Positions 24,111 to 39,100 of a stretch of 64,000 nt of DNA are shown here, piece by piece (position 1 is the stretch's first letter; the number at the start of each line of letters is the position of its first letter). Position numbers and translations under genes: made by a program. The notes under the pieces were generated by a model. That model was not told where the DNA came from. It saw nothing but the letters and a program-made list of their open reading frames with translations, and made no database searches. Source of the DNA: Schmidtea polychroa (lineage: Eukaryota); assembly GCA_044892525.1 (NCBI GenBank), contig CM097885.1, forward strand, positions 76,198,001 through 76,262,000. Direction: 5' to 3'.

Positions 24111-27100
24111 TTGTTGACTTGCTCTTACATACTCTCGGCATATATTATTTTCATTCTCTCATTTATTTCATTGCTTTTTTTTCCTTCCACATTCTTCTTT
24201 CTTCTTCAATTATTTTGTTACTTATATTTTTTACCATGCCTTGACATCCATTTAACACGCCTAATCGACATGAAATTCGTTCTAGGCAACGTTTATTGGT
24301 GTCATTATTTTCAAAATAATCTTCAAACTTTTCTCAAAATTCAATGGAGCTTCAATCTTATTATATATTTCTGAATTTGATCTGAACTTTGGTGCTATGT
24401 ATCCATCTTTAAAATGAGACAATTTAATAATTCTTACTCTAAGGTCTTGATTTAACTCATTATTGATTCGAGGTCGACAGTTTTGTTTATTTATTGAAAA
24501 ATTAAAATCCATAACTTTTATTTCAAAACAATCTCTTGATTTTGAAATTTGCATTAAATCTGTCATTGGAATTTCAGTTGCATGTCCAATTAATTTAAAT
24601 AATTCGTTTCTATTGTAGATGGGTTTTGTCTATTTATTTACTATTCCTTTCGGACAACTAACTTTCTTCACTCATTTTTTTTCGCTATGAATTCTTCAAC
24701 TTCATATCGACAACGAGAATATTTTGTCTTTCCTACTACTACTACTATTATTTTAGCAGTGATTTTAATTCGAAATCCGATAATTGGCTATTCCAAGAGT
24801 CTTTTCGTTATGTGATGGATAATATTTTCCGGCAATTCATTTACAAGATACAAATCTGCTATGAATCTTGCATTGCCGAATAATTTATCTTGAGCTCTTC
24901 CAAACTCTCGGCATATATTATTTTCATTCTTTCATTTATTTCATTGCTTTTTTTCCTTTCACATTTTTCTTTCTTTTTCAATTATTTTTTTACTTATATT
25001 TTTTACCATGCCTTGACATCCATATAACGCGCCTAATCGACATGAAATTCGTTCTAGGCAACGTTTATTGGTGTCATTATTTTCAATATAATCTTCAAAC
25101 TTTTCTCAAAATTCAATGGAGCTTCAATCTTATTATATATTTCTGAATTTGATCTGAACTTTGGTGCTATGTATCCATCTTTAAAATGAGACAATTTAAT
25201 AATTCTTACTCTAAGGTCTTGATTTAACTCATTATTGATTCGAGGTCGACAGTTTTGTTTATTTATTGAAAAATTAAAATCCATAACTTTTATTTCAATA
25301 CAATCTCTTGATTTTGAAATTCGCATTAAATCTGTCATTGAAATTTCAGTTGCATGTCCAATTAATTTAAATAATTCGTTTCTATTGTAGATGGGTTTTG
25401 TCTATTTATTTACTATTCCTTTCGGACAACTAACTTTCTTCACTCATTTTTTTTCGCTATGAATTCTTCAACTTCATTTCAACAACGAGAATATTTTGTC
25501 TTTCCTACTACTACTATTATTTTAGCAGTGATTTTAATTCGAAATCCGATAATTGGCTATTCCAAGAGTCTTTTCATTATGTGATGGATAATATTTTCCG
25601 GCAATTCATTTACAAGATACAAATCTGCTATGAATCTTGCATTGCCGAATAATTTATCTTGAGCTCTTCCATACTCTCGGCATATATTATTTTCATTCTT
25701 TCATTTATTTCATTGCTTTTTTTTCCTTTCACATTTTTCTTTCTTTTTCAATTATTTTTTTACTTATATTTTTTACCATGCCTTGACATCCATATAACGC
25801 GCCTAATCGACATGAAATTCGTTCTAGGCAACGTTTTCCTGTGTCATTATTTTCAAAATAATCTTCAAACTTTTCTCAAAATTCAATGGAGCTTCAATCT
25901 TATTATATATTTTTGAAGTTGATCTGAACTTTGGTGCTATGTATCCATCTTTAAAATGAGACAATTTAATAATTCTTACTCTAAGGTCTTGATTTAACTC
26001 TATCTATTTGAGATCGATAGTTTTGTATATTTATTGAAAATTAAAATCCATAATTTTTTTTCAATACAATCTCTTGATTTTGAAATTCGCATTAAATCTG
26101 TCATTGGAATTTCAGTTGCATGTCCAATTAATTTAAATAATTCGTTTCTATTGTAGATGGTTTTGTCTATTTATTTACTATTCCTTTCGGACAACTAACT
26201 CTCTTCACTCATTTTTTTCGCAATGAATTCTTCAACTTCATTTCAACAACGAGAATATTTTGTCTTTCCTACTACTACTACTATTATTTTAGCAGTGATT
26301 TTAATTCGAAATCCGATAATTGGCTATTCCAAGAGTCTTTTCATTATGTGATGGATAATATTTTCCGGCAATTCATTTACAAGATACAAATCTGCTATGA
26401 ATCTTGCATTGCCGAATAATTTATCTTGATCTCTTCCATACTCTCGGCATATATTATTTTCATTCTTTCATTTATTTCATTGCTTTTTTTTCCTTTCACA
26501 TTTTTCTTTCTTTTTCAATTATTTTTTTACTTATATTTTATACCATGCCTTGACATCCATATAACGCGCCTAATCGACATGAAATTCGTTCTAGGCAACG
26601 TTTATTGGTGTCATTATTTTCAAAATAATCTTCAAACTTTTCTCAAAATTCAATGGAGCTTCAATCTTATTATATATTTTTGAAGTTGATCTGAACTTTG
26701 GTGCTATGTATCCATCTTTAAAATGAGACAATTTAATAATTCTTACTCTAAGGTCTTGATTTAACTCTATCTATTTGAGATCGATAGTTTTGTATATTTA
26801 TTGAAAATTAAAATCCATAATTTTTTTTCAATACAATCTCTTGATTTTGAAATTCGCATTAAATCTGTCATTGAAATTTCAGTTGCATGTCCAATTAATT
26901 TAAATAATTCGTTTCTATTGTAGATGGGTTTTGTCTATTTATTTACTATTCCTTTCGGACAACTAACTTTCTTCACTCATTTTTTTTCGCTATGAATTCT
27001 TCAACTTCATTTCAACAACGAGAATATTTTGTCTTTCCTACTACTACTATTATTTTAGCAGTGATTTTAATTCGAAATCCGATAATTGGCTATTCCAAGA

Positions 27101-30100
27101 GTCTTTTCATTATGTGATGGATAATATTTTCCGGCAATTCATTTACAAGATACAAATCTGCTATGAATCTTGCATTGCCGAATAATTTATCTTGAGCTCT
27201 TCCATACTCTCGGCATATATTATTTTCATTCTTTCATTTATTTCATTGCTTTTTTTTCCTTTCACATTTTTCTTTCTTTTTCAATTATTTTTTTACTTAT
27301 ATTTTTTACCATGCCTTGACATCCATATAACGCGCCTAATCGACATGAAATTCGTTCTAGGCAACGTTTTCCTGTGTCATTATTTTCAAAATAATCTTCA
27401 AACTTTTCTCAAAATTCAATGGAGCTTCAATCTTATTATATATTTTTGAAGTTGATCTGAACTTTGGTGCTATGTATCCATCTTTAAAATGAGACAATTT
27501 AATAATTCTTACTCTAAGGTCTTGATTTAACTCTATCTATTTGAGATCGATAGTTTTGTATATTTATTGAAAATTAAAATCCATAATTTTTTTTCAATAC
27601 AATCTCTTGATTTTGAAATTCGCATTAAATCTGTCATTGGAATTTCAGTTGCATGTCCAATTAATTTAAATAATTCGTTTCTATTGTAGATGGTTTTGTC
27701 TATTTATTTACTATTCCTTTCGGACAACTAACTCTCTTCACTCATTTTTTTCGCAATGAATTCTTCAACTTCATTTCAACAACGAGAATATTTTGTCTTT
27801 CCTACTACTACTACTATTATTTTAGCAGTGATTTTAATTCGAAATCCGATAATTGGCTATTCCAAGAGTCTTTTCATTATGTGATGGATAATATTTTCCG
27901 GCAATTCATTTACAAGATACAAATCTGCTATGAATCTTGCATTGCCGAATAATTTATCTTGATCTCTTCCATACTCTCGGCATATATTATTTTCATTCTT
28001 TCATTTATTTCATTGCTTTTTTTTCCTTTCACATTTTTCTTTCTTTTTCAATTATTTTTTTACTTATATTTTATACCATGCCTTGACATCCATATAACGC
28101 GCCTAATCGACATGAAATTCGTTCTAGGCAACGTTTATTGGTGTCATTATTTTCAAAATAATCTTCAAACTTTTCTCAAAATTCAATGGAGCTTCAATCT
28201 TATTATATATTTTTGAAGTTGATCTGAACTTTGGTGCTATGTATCCATCTTTAAAATGAGACAATTTAATAATTCTTACTCTAAGGTCTTGATTTAACTC
28301 TATCTATTTGAGATCGATAGTTTTGTATATTTATTGAAAATTAAAATCCATAATTTTTTTTCAATACAATCTCTTGATTTTGAAATTCGCATTAAATCTG
28401 TCATTGGAATTTCAGTTGCATGTCCAATTAATTTAAATAATTCGTTTCTATTGTAGATGGTTTTGTCTATTTATTTACTATTCCTTTCGGACAACTAACT
28501 CTCTTCACTCATTTTTTTCGCAATGAATTCTTCAACTTCATTTCAACAACGAGAATATTTTGTCTTTCCTACTACTACTACTATTATTTTAGCAGTGATT
28601 TTAATTCGAAATCCGATAATTGGCTATTCCAAGAGTCTTTTCATTATGTGATGGATAATATTTTCCGGCAATTCATTTACAAGATACAAATCTGCTATGA
28701 ATCTTGCATTGCCGAATAATTTATCTTGATCTCTTCCATACTCTCGGCATATATTATTTTCATTCTTTCATTTATTTCATTGCTTTTTTTTCCTTTCACA
28801 TTTTTCTTTCTTTTTCAATTATTTTTTTACTTATATTTTTTACCATGCCTTGACATCCATATAACGCGCCTAATCGACATGAAATTCGTTCTAGGCAACG
28901 TTTATTGGTGTCATTATTTTCAAAATAATCTTCAAACTTTTCTCAAAATTCAATGGAGCTTCAATCTTATTATATATTTCTGAATTTGATCTGAACTTTG
29001 GTGCTATGTATCCATCTTTAAAATGAGACAATTTAATAATTCTTACTCTAAGGTCTTGATTTAACTCATTATTGATTCGAGGTCGACAGTTTTGTTTATT
29101 TATTGAAAAATTAAAATCCATAACTTTTATTTCAAAACAATCTCTTGATTTTGAAATTTGCATTAAATCTGTCATTGGAATTTCAGTTGCATGTCCAATT
29201 AATTTAAATAATTCGTTTCTATTGTAGATGGGTTTTGTCTATTTATTTACTATTCCTTTCGGACAACTAACTTTCTTCACTCATTTTTTTTCGCTATGAA
29301 TTCTTCAACTTCATATCGACAACGAGAATATTTTGTCTTTCCTACTACTACTACTATTATTTTAGCAGTGATTTTAATTCGAAATCCGATAATTGGCTAT
29401 TCCAAGAGTCTTTTCGTTATGTGATGGTAATTTTTTCCGGCAATTCATTTACAAGATACAAATCTGCTATGAATCTTGCATTGCCGAATAATTTATCTTG
29501 AGCTCTTCCAAACTCTCGGCATATATTATTTTCATTCTTTCATTTATTTCATTGCTTTTTTTCCTTTCACATTTTTCTTTCTTTTTCAATTATTTTTTTA
29601 CTTATATTTTTTACCATGCCTTGACATCCATATAACGCGCCTAATCGACATGAAATTCGTTCTAGGCAACGTTTATTGGTGTCATTATTTTCAAAATAAT
29701 CTTCAAACTTTTCTCAAAATTCAATGGAGCTTCAATCTTATTATATATTTCTGAATTTGATCTGAACTTTGGTGCTATGTATCCATCTTTAAAATGAGAC
29801 AATTTAATAATTCTTACTCTAAGGTCTTGATTTAACTCATTATTGATTCGAGGTCGACAGTTTTGTTTATTTATTGAAAAATTAAAATCCATAACTTTTA
29901 TTTCAATACAATCTCTTGATTTTGAAATTCGCATTAAATCTGTCATTGGAATTTCAGTTGCATGTCCAATTAATTTAAATAATTCGTTTCTATTGTAGAT
30001 GGGTTTTGTCTATTTATTTACTATTCCTTTCGGACAACTAACTTTCTACACTCATTTTTTTTCGCAATGAATTCTTCAACTTCATTTCAACAACGAGAAT

Positions 30101-33100
30101 ATTTTGTCTTTCCTACTACTACTATTATTTTAGCAGTGATTTTAATTCGAAATCCGATAATTGGCTATTCCAAGAGTCTTTTCATTATGTGATGGATAAT
30201 ATTTTCCGGCAATTCATTTACAAGATACAAATCTGCTATGAATCTTGCATTGCCGAATAATTTATCTTGAGCTCTTCCATACTCTCGGCATATATTATTT
30301 TCATTCTTTCATTTATTTCATTGCTTTTTTTTCCTTTCACATTTTTCTTTCTTTTTCAATTATTTTTTTACTTATATTTTTTACCATGCCTTGACATCCA
30401 TATAACGCGCCTAATCGACATGAAATTCGTTCTAGGCAACGTTTTCCTGTGTCATTATTTTCAAAATAATCTTCAAACTTTTCTCAAAATTCAATGGAGC
30501 TTCAATCTTATTATATATTTTTGAAGTTGATCTGAACTTTGGTGCTATGTATCCATCTTTAAAATGAGACAATTTAATAATTCTTACTCTAAGGTCTTGA
30601 TTTAACTCTATCTATTTGAGATCGATAGTTTTGTATATTTATTGAAAATTAAAATCCATAATTTTTTTTCAATACAATCTCTTGATTTTGAAATTCGCAT
30701 TAAATCTGTCATTGGAATTTCAGTTGCATGTCCAATTAATTTAAATAATTCGTTTCTATTGTAGATGGTTTTGTCTATTTATTTACTATTCCTTTCGGAC
30801 AACTAACTCTCTTCACTCATTTTTTTCGCAATGAATTCTTCAACTTCATTTCAACAACGAGAATATTTTGTCTTTCCTACTACTACTACTATTATTTTAG
30901 CAGTGATTTTAATTCGAAATCCGATAATTGGCTATTCCAAGAGTCTTTTCATTATGTGATGGATAATATTTTCCGGCAATTCATTTACAAGATACAAATC
31001 TGCTATGAATCTTGCATTGCCGAATAATTTATCTTGATCTCTTCCATACTCTCGGCATATATTATTTTCATTCTTTCATTTATTTCATTGCTTTTTTTTC
31101 CTTTCACATTTTTCTTTCTTTTTCAATTATTTTTTTACTTATATTTTATACCATGCCTTGACATCCATATAACGCGCCTAATCGACATGAAATTCGTTCT
31201 AGGCAACGTTTATTGGTGTCATTATTTTCAAAATAATCTTCAAACTTTTCTCAAAATTCAATGGAGCTTCAATCTTATTATATATTTTTGAAGTTGATCT
31301 GAACTTTGGTGCTATGTATCCATCTTTAAAATGAGACAATTTAATAATTCTTACTCTAAGGTCTTGATTTAACTCTATCTATTTGAGATCGATAGTTTTG
31401 TATATTTATTGAAAATTAAAATCCATAATTTTTTTTCAATACAATCTCTTGATTTTGAAATTCGCATTAAATCTGTCATTGGAATTTCAGTTGCATGTCC
31501 AATTAATTTAAATAATTCGTTTCTATTGTAGATGGTTTTGTCTATTTATTTACTATTCCTTTCGGACAACTAACTCTCTTCACTCATTTTTTTCGCAATG
31601 AATTCTTCAACTTCATTTCAACAACGAGAATATTTTGTCTTTCCTACTACTACTACTATTATTTTAGCAGTGATTTTAATTCGAAATCCGATAATTGGCT
31701 ATTCCAAGAGTCTTTTCATTATGTGATGGATAATATTTTCCGGCAATTCATTTACAAGATACAAATCTGCTATGAATCTTGCATTGCCGAATAATTTATC
31801 TTGATCTCTTCCATACTCTCGGCATATATTATTTTCATTCTTTCATTTATTTCATTGCTTTTTTTTCCTTTCACATTTTTCTTTCTTTTTCAATTATTTT
31901 TTTACTTATATTTTTTACCATGCCTTGACATCCATATAACGCGCCTAATCGACATGAAATTCGTTCTAGGCAACGTTTATTGGTGTCATTATTTTCAAAA
32001 TAATCTTCAAACTTTTCTCAAAATTCAATGGAGCTTCAATCTTATTATATATTTCTGAATTTGATCTGAACTTTGGTGCTATGTATCCATCTTTAAAATG
32101 AGACAATTTAATAATTCTTACTCTAAGGTCTTGATTTAACTCATTATTGATTCGAGGTCGACAGTTTTGTTTATTTATTGAAAAATTAAAATCCATAACT
32201 TTTATTTCAAAACAATCTCTTGATTTTGAAATTTGCATTAAATCTGTCATTGGAATTTCAGTTGCATGTCCAATTAATTTAAATAATTCGTTTCTATTGT
32301 AGATGGGTTTTGTCTATTTATTTACTATTCCTTTCGGACAACTAACTTTCTTCACTCATTTTTTTTCGCTATGAATTCTTCAACTTCATATCGACAACGA
32401 GAATATTTTGTCTTTCCTACTACTACTACTATTATTTTAGCAGTGATTTTAATTCGAAATCCGATAATTGGCTATTCCAAGAGTCTTTTCGTTATGTGAT
32501 GGTAATTTTTTCCGGCAATTCATTTACAAGATACAAATCTGCTATGAATCTTGCATTGCCGAATAATTTATCTTGAGCTCTTCCAAACTCTCGGCATATA
32601 TTATTTTCATTCTTTCATTTATTTCATTGCTTTTTTTCCTTTCACATTTTTCTTTCTTTTTCAATTATTTTTTTACTTATATTTTTTACCATGCCTTGAC
32701 ATCCATATAACGCGCCTAATCGACATGAAATTCGTTCTAGGCAACGTTTATTGGTGTCATTATTTTCAAAATAATCTTCAAACTTTTCTCAAAATTCAAT
32801 GGAGCTTCAATCTTATTATATATTTCTGAATTTGATCTGAACTTTGGTGCTATGTATCCATCTTTAAAATGAGACAATTTAATAATTCTTACTCTAAGGT
32901 CTTGATTTAACTCATTATTGATTCGAGGTCGACAGTTTTGTTTATTTATTGAAAAATTAAAATCCATAACTTTTATTTCAATACAATCTCTTGATTTTGA
33001 AATTCGCATTAAATCTGTCATTGGAATTTCAGTTGCATGTCCAATTAATTTAAATAATTCGTTTCTATTGTAGATGGGTTTTGTCTATTTATTTACTATT

Positions 33101-36100
33101 CCTTTCGGACAACTAACTTTCTACACTCATTTTTTTTCGCAATGAATTCTTCAACTTCATTTCAACAACGAGAATATTTTGTCTTTCCTACTACTACTAT
33201 TATTTTAGCAGTGATTTTAATTCGAAATCCGATAATTGGCTATTCCAAGAGTCTTTTCATTATGTGATGGATAATATTTTCCGGCAATTCATTTACAAGA
33301 TACAAATCTGCTATGAATCTTGCATTGCCGAATAATTTATCTTGAGCTCTTCCATACTCTCGGCATATATTATTTTCATTCTTTCATTTATTTCATTGCT
33401 TTTTTTTCCTTTCACATTTTTCTTTCTTTTTCAATTATTTTTTTACTTATATTTTTTACCATGCCTTGACATCCATATAACGCGCCTAATCGACATGAAA
33501 TTCGTTCTAGGCAACGTTTTCCTGTGTCATTATTTTCAAAATAATCTTCAAACTTTTCTCAAAATTCAATGGAGCTTCAATCTTATTATATATTTTTGAA
33601 GTTGATCTGAACTTTGGTGCTATGTATCCATCTTTAAAATGAGACAATTTAATAATTCTTACTCTAAGGTCTTGATTTAACTCTATCTATTTGAGATCGA
33701 TAGTTTTGTATATTTATTGAAAATTAAAATCCATAATTTTTTTTCAATACAATCTCTTGATTTTGAAATTCGCATTAAATCTGTCATTGGAATTTCAGTT
33801 GCATGTCCAATTAATTTAAATAATTCGTTTCTATTGTAGATGGTTTTGTCTATTTATTTACTATTCCTTTCGGACAACTAACTCTCTTCACTCATTTTTT
33901 TCGCAATGAATTCTTCAACTTCATTTCAACAACGAGAATATTTTGTCTTTCCTACTACTACTACTATTATTTTAGCAGTGATTTTAATTCGAAATCCGAT
34001 AATTGGCTATTCCAAGAGTCTTTTCATTATGTGATGGATAATATTTTCCGGCAATTCATTTACAAGATACAAATCTGCTATGAATCTTGCATTGCCGAAT
34101 AATTTATCTTGATCTCTTCCATACTCTCGGCATATATTATTTTCATTCTTTCATTTATTTCATTGCTTTTTTTTCCTTTCACATTTTTCTTTCTTTTTCA
34201 ATTATTTTTTTACTTATATTTTATACCATGCCTTGACATCCATATAACGCGCCTAATCGACATGAAATTCGTTCTAGGCAACGTTTATTGGTGTCATTAT
34301 TTTCAAAATAATCTTCAAACTTTTCTCAAAATTCAATGGAGCTTCAATCTTATTATATATTTTTGAAGTTGATCTGAACTTTGGTGCTATGTATCCATCT
34401 TTAAAATGAGACAATTTAATAATTCTTACTCTAAGGTCTTGATTTAACTCTATCTATTTGAGATCGATAGTTTTGTATATTTATTGAAAATTAAAATCCA
34501 TAATTTTTTTTCAATACAATCTCTTGATTTTGAAATTCGCATTAAATCTGTCATTGGAATTTCAGTTGCATGTCCAATTAATTTAAATAATTCGTTTCTA
34601 TTGTAGATGGTTTTGTCTATTTATTTACTATTCCTTTCGGACAACTAACTCTCTTCACTCATTTTTTTCGCAATGAATTCTTCAACTTCATTTCAACAAC
34701 GAGAATATTTTGTCTTTCCTACTACTACTACTATTATTTTAGCAGTGATTTTAATTCGAAATCCGATAATTGGCTATTCCAAGAGTCTTTTCATTATGTG
34801 ATGGATAATATTTTCCGGCAATTCATTTACAAGATACAAATCTGCTATGAATCTTGCATTGCCGAATAATTTATCTTGATCTCTTCCATACTCTCGGCAT
34901 ATATTATTTTCATTCTTTCATTTATTTCATTGCTTTTTTTTCCTTTCACATTTTTCTTTCTTTTTCAATTATTTTTTTACTTATATTTTTTACCATGCCT
35001 TGACATCCATATAACGCGCCTAATCGACATGAAATTCGTTCTAGGCAACGTTTATTGGTGTCATTATTTTCAAAATAATCTTCAAACTTTTCTCAAAATT
35101 CAATGGAGCTTCAATCTTATTATATATTTCTGAATTTGATCTGAACTTTGGTGCTATGTATCCATCTTTAAAATGAGACAATTTAATAATTCTTACTCTA
35201 AGGTCTTGATTTAACTCATTATTGATTCGAGGTCGACAGTTTTGTTTATTTATTGAAAAATTAAAATCCATAACTTTTATTTCAAAACAATCTCTTGATT
35301 TTGAAATTTGCATTAAATCTGTCATTGGAATTTCAGTTGCATGTCCAATTAATTTAAATAATTCGTTTCTATTGTAGATGGGTTTTGTCTATTTATTTAC
35401 TATTCCTTTCGGACAACTAACTTTCTTCACTCATTTTTTTTCGCTATGAATTCTTCAACTTCATATCGACAACGAGAATATTTTGTCTTTCCTACTACTA
35501 CTACTATTATTTTAGCAGTGATTTTAATTCGAAATCCGATAATTGGCTATTCCAAGAGTCTTTTCGTTATGTGATGGTAATTTTTTCCGGCAATTCATTT
35601 ACAAGATACAAATCTGCTATGAATCTTGCATTGCCGAATAATTTATCTTGAGCTCTTCCAAACTCTCGGCATATATTATTTTCATTCTTTCATTTATTTC
35701 ATTGCTTTTTTTCCTTTCACATTTTTCTTTCTTTTTCAATTATTTTTTTACTTATATTTTTTACCATGCCTTGACATCCATATAACGCGCCTAATCGACA
35801 TGAAATTCGTTCTAGGCAACGTTTATTGGTGTCATTATTTTCAAAATAATCTTCAAACTTTTCTCAAAATTCAATGGAGCTTCAATCTTATTATATATTT
35901 CTGAATTTGATCTGAACTTTGGTGCTATGTATCCATCTTTAAAATGAGACAATTTAATAATTCTTACTCTAAGGTCTTGATTTAACTCATTATTGATTCG
36001 AGGTCGACAGTTTTGTTTATTTATTGAAAAATTAAAATCCATAACTTTTATTTCAATACAATCTCTTGATTTTGAAATTCGCATTAAATCTGTCATTGGA

Positions 36101-39100
36101 ATTTCAGTTGCATGTCCAATTAATTTAAATAATTCGTTTCTATTGTAGATGGGTTTTGTCTATTTATTTACTATTCCTTTCGGACAACTAACTTTCTACA
36201 CTCATTTTTTTTCGCAATGAATTCTTCAACTTCATTTCAACAACGAGAATATTTTGTCTTTCCTACTACTACTATTATTTTAGCAGTGATTTTAATTCGA
36301 AATCCGATAATTGGCTATTCCAAGAGTCTTTTCATTATGTGATGGATAATATTTTCCGGCAATTCATTTACAAGATACAAATCTGCTATGAATCTTGCAT
36401 TGCCGAATAATTTATCTTGATCTCTTCCATACTCTCGGCATATATTATTTTCATTCTTTCATTTATTTCATTGCTTTTTTTTCCTTTCACATTTTTCTTT
36501 CTTTTTCAATTATTTTTTTACTTATATTTTATACCATGCCTTGACATCCATATAACGCGCCTAATCGACATGAAATTCGTTCTAGGCAACGTTTATTGGT
36601 GTCATTATTTTCAAAATAATCTTCAAACTTTTCTCAAAATTCAATGGAGCTTCAATCTTATTATATATTTCTGAATTTGATCTGAACTTTGGTGCTATGT
36701 ATCCATCTTTAAAATGAGACAATTTAATAATTCTTACTCTAAGGTCTTGATTTAACTCATTATTGATTCGAGGTCGACAGTTTTGTTTATTTATTGAAAA
36801 ATTAAAATCCATAACTTTTATTTCAATACAATCTCTTGATTTTGAAATTCGCATTAAATCTGTCATTGGAATTTCAGTTGCATGTCCAATTAATTTAAAT
36901 AATTCGTTTCTATTGTAGATGGGTTTTGTCTATTTATTTACTATTCCTTTCGGACAACTAACTTTCTACACTCATTTTTTTTCGCAATGAATTCTTCAAC
37001 TTCATTTCAACAACGAGAATATTTTGTCTTTCCTACTACTACTATTATTTTAGCAGTGATTTTAATTCGAAATCCGATAATTGGCTATTCCAAGAGTCTT
37101 TTCATTATGTGATGGATAATATTTTCCGGCAATTCATTTACAAGATACAAATCTGCTATGAATCTTGCATTGCCGAATAATTTATCTTGAGCTCTTCCAT
37201 ACTCTCGGCATATATTATTTTCATTCTTTCATTTATTTCATTGCTTTTTTTTCCTTTCACATTTTTCTTTCTTTTTCAATTATTTTTTTACTTATATTTT
37301 TTACCATGCCTTGACATCCATATAACGCGCCTAATCGACATGAAATTCGTTCTAGGCAACGTTTTCCTGTGTCATTATTTTCAAAATAATCTTCAAACTT
37401 TTCTCAAAATTCAATGGAGCTTCAATCTTATTATATATTTTTGAAGTTGATCTGAACTTTGGTGCTATGTATCCATCTTTAAAATGAGACAATTTAATAA
37501 TTCTTACTCTAAGGTCTTGATTTAACTCTATCTATTTGAGATCGATAGTTTTGTATATTTATTGAAAATTAAAATCCATAATTTTTTTTCAATACAATCT
37601 CTTGATTTTGAAATTCGCATTAAATCTGTCATTGGAATTTCAGTTGCATGTCCAATTAATTTAAATAATTCGTTTCTATTGTAGATGGTTTTGTCTATTT
37701 ATTTACTATTCCTTTCGGACAACTAACTCTCTTCACTCATTTTTTTCGCAATGAATTCTTCAACTTCATTTCAACAACGAGAATATTTTGTCTTTCCTAC
37801 TACTACTACTATTATTTTAGCAGTGATTTTAATTCGAAATCCGATAATTGGCTATTCCAAGAGTCTTTTCATTATGTGATGGATAATATTTTCCGGCAAT
37901 TCATTTACAAGATACAAATCTGCTATGAATCTTGCATTGCCGAATAATTTATCTTGATCTCTTCCATACTCTCGGCATATATTATTTTCATTCTTTCATT
38001 TATTTCATTGCTTTTTTTTCCTTTCACATTTTTCTTTCTTTTTCAATTATTTTTTTACTTATATTTTATACCATGCCTTGACATCCATATAACGCGCCTA
38101 ATCGACATGAAATTCGTTCTAGGCAACGTTTATTGGTGTCATTATTTTCAAAATAATCTTCAAACTTTTCTCAAAATTCAATGGAGCTTCAATCTTATTA
38201 TATATTTTTGAAGTTGATCTGAACTTTGGTGCTATGTATCCATCTTTAAAATGAGACAATTTAATAATTCTTACTCTAAGGTCTTGATTTAACTCTATCT
38301 ATTTGAGATCGATAGTTTTGTATATTTATTGAAAATTAAAATCCATAATTTTTTTTCAATACAATCTCTTGATTTTGAAATTCGCATTAAATCTGTCATT
38401 GGAATTTCAGTTGCATGTCCAATTAATTTAAATAATTCGTTTCTATTGTAGATGGTTTTGTCTATTTATTTACTATTCCTTTCGGACAACTAACTCTCTT
38501 CACTCATTTTTTTCGCAATGAATTCTTCAACTTCATTTCAACAACGAGAATATTTTGTCTTTCCTACTACTACTACTATTATTTTAGCAGTGATTTTAAT
38601 TCGAAATCCGATAATTGGCTATTCCAAGAGTCTTTTCATTATGTGATGGATAATATTTTCCGGCAATTCATTTACAAGATACAAATCTGCTATGAATCTT
38701 GCATTGCCGAATAATTTATCTTGATCTCTTCCATACTCTCGGCATATATTATTTTCATTCTTTCATTTATTTCATTGCTTTTTTTTCCTTTCACATTTTT
38801 CTTTCTTTTTCAATTATTTTTTTACTTATATTTTTTACCATGCCTTGACATCCATATAACGCGCCTAATCGACATGAAATTCGTTCTAGGCAACGTTTAT
38901 TGGTGTCATTATTTTCAAAATAATCTTCAAACTTTTCTCAAAATTCAATGGAGCTTCAATCTTATTATATATTTCTGAATTTGATCTGAACTTTGGTGCT
39001 ATGTATCCATCTTTAAAATGAGACAATTTAATAATTCTTACTCTAAGGTCTTGATTTAACTCATTATTGATTCGAGGTCGACAGTTTTGTTTATTTATTG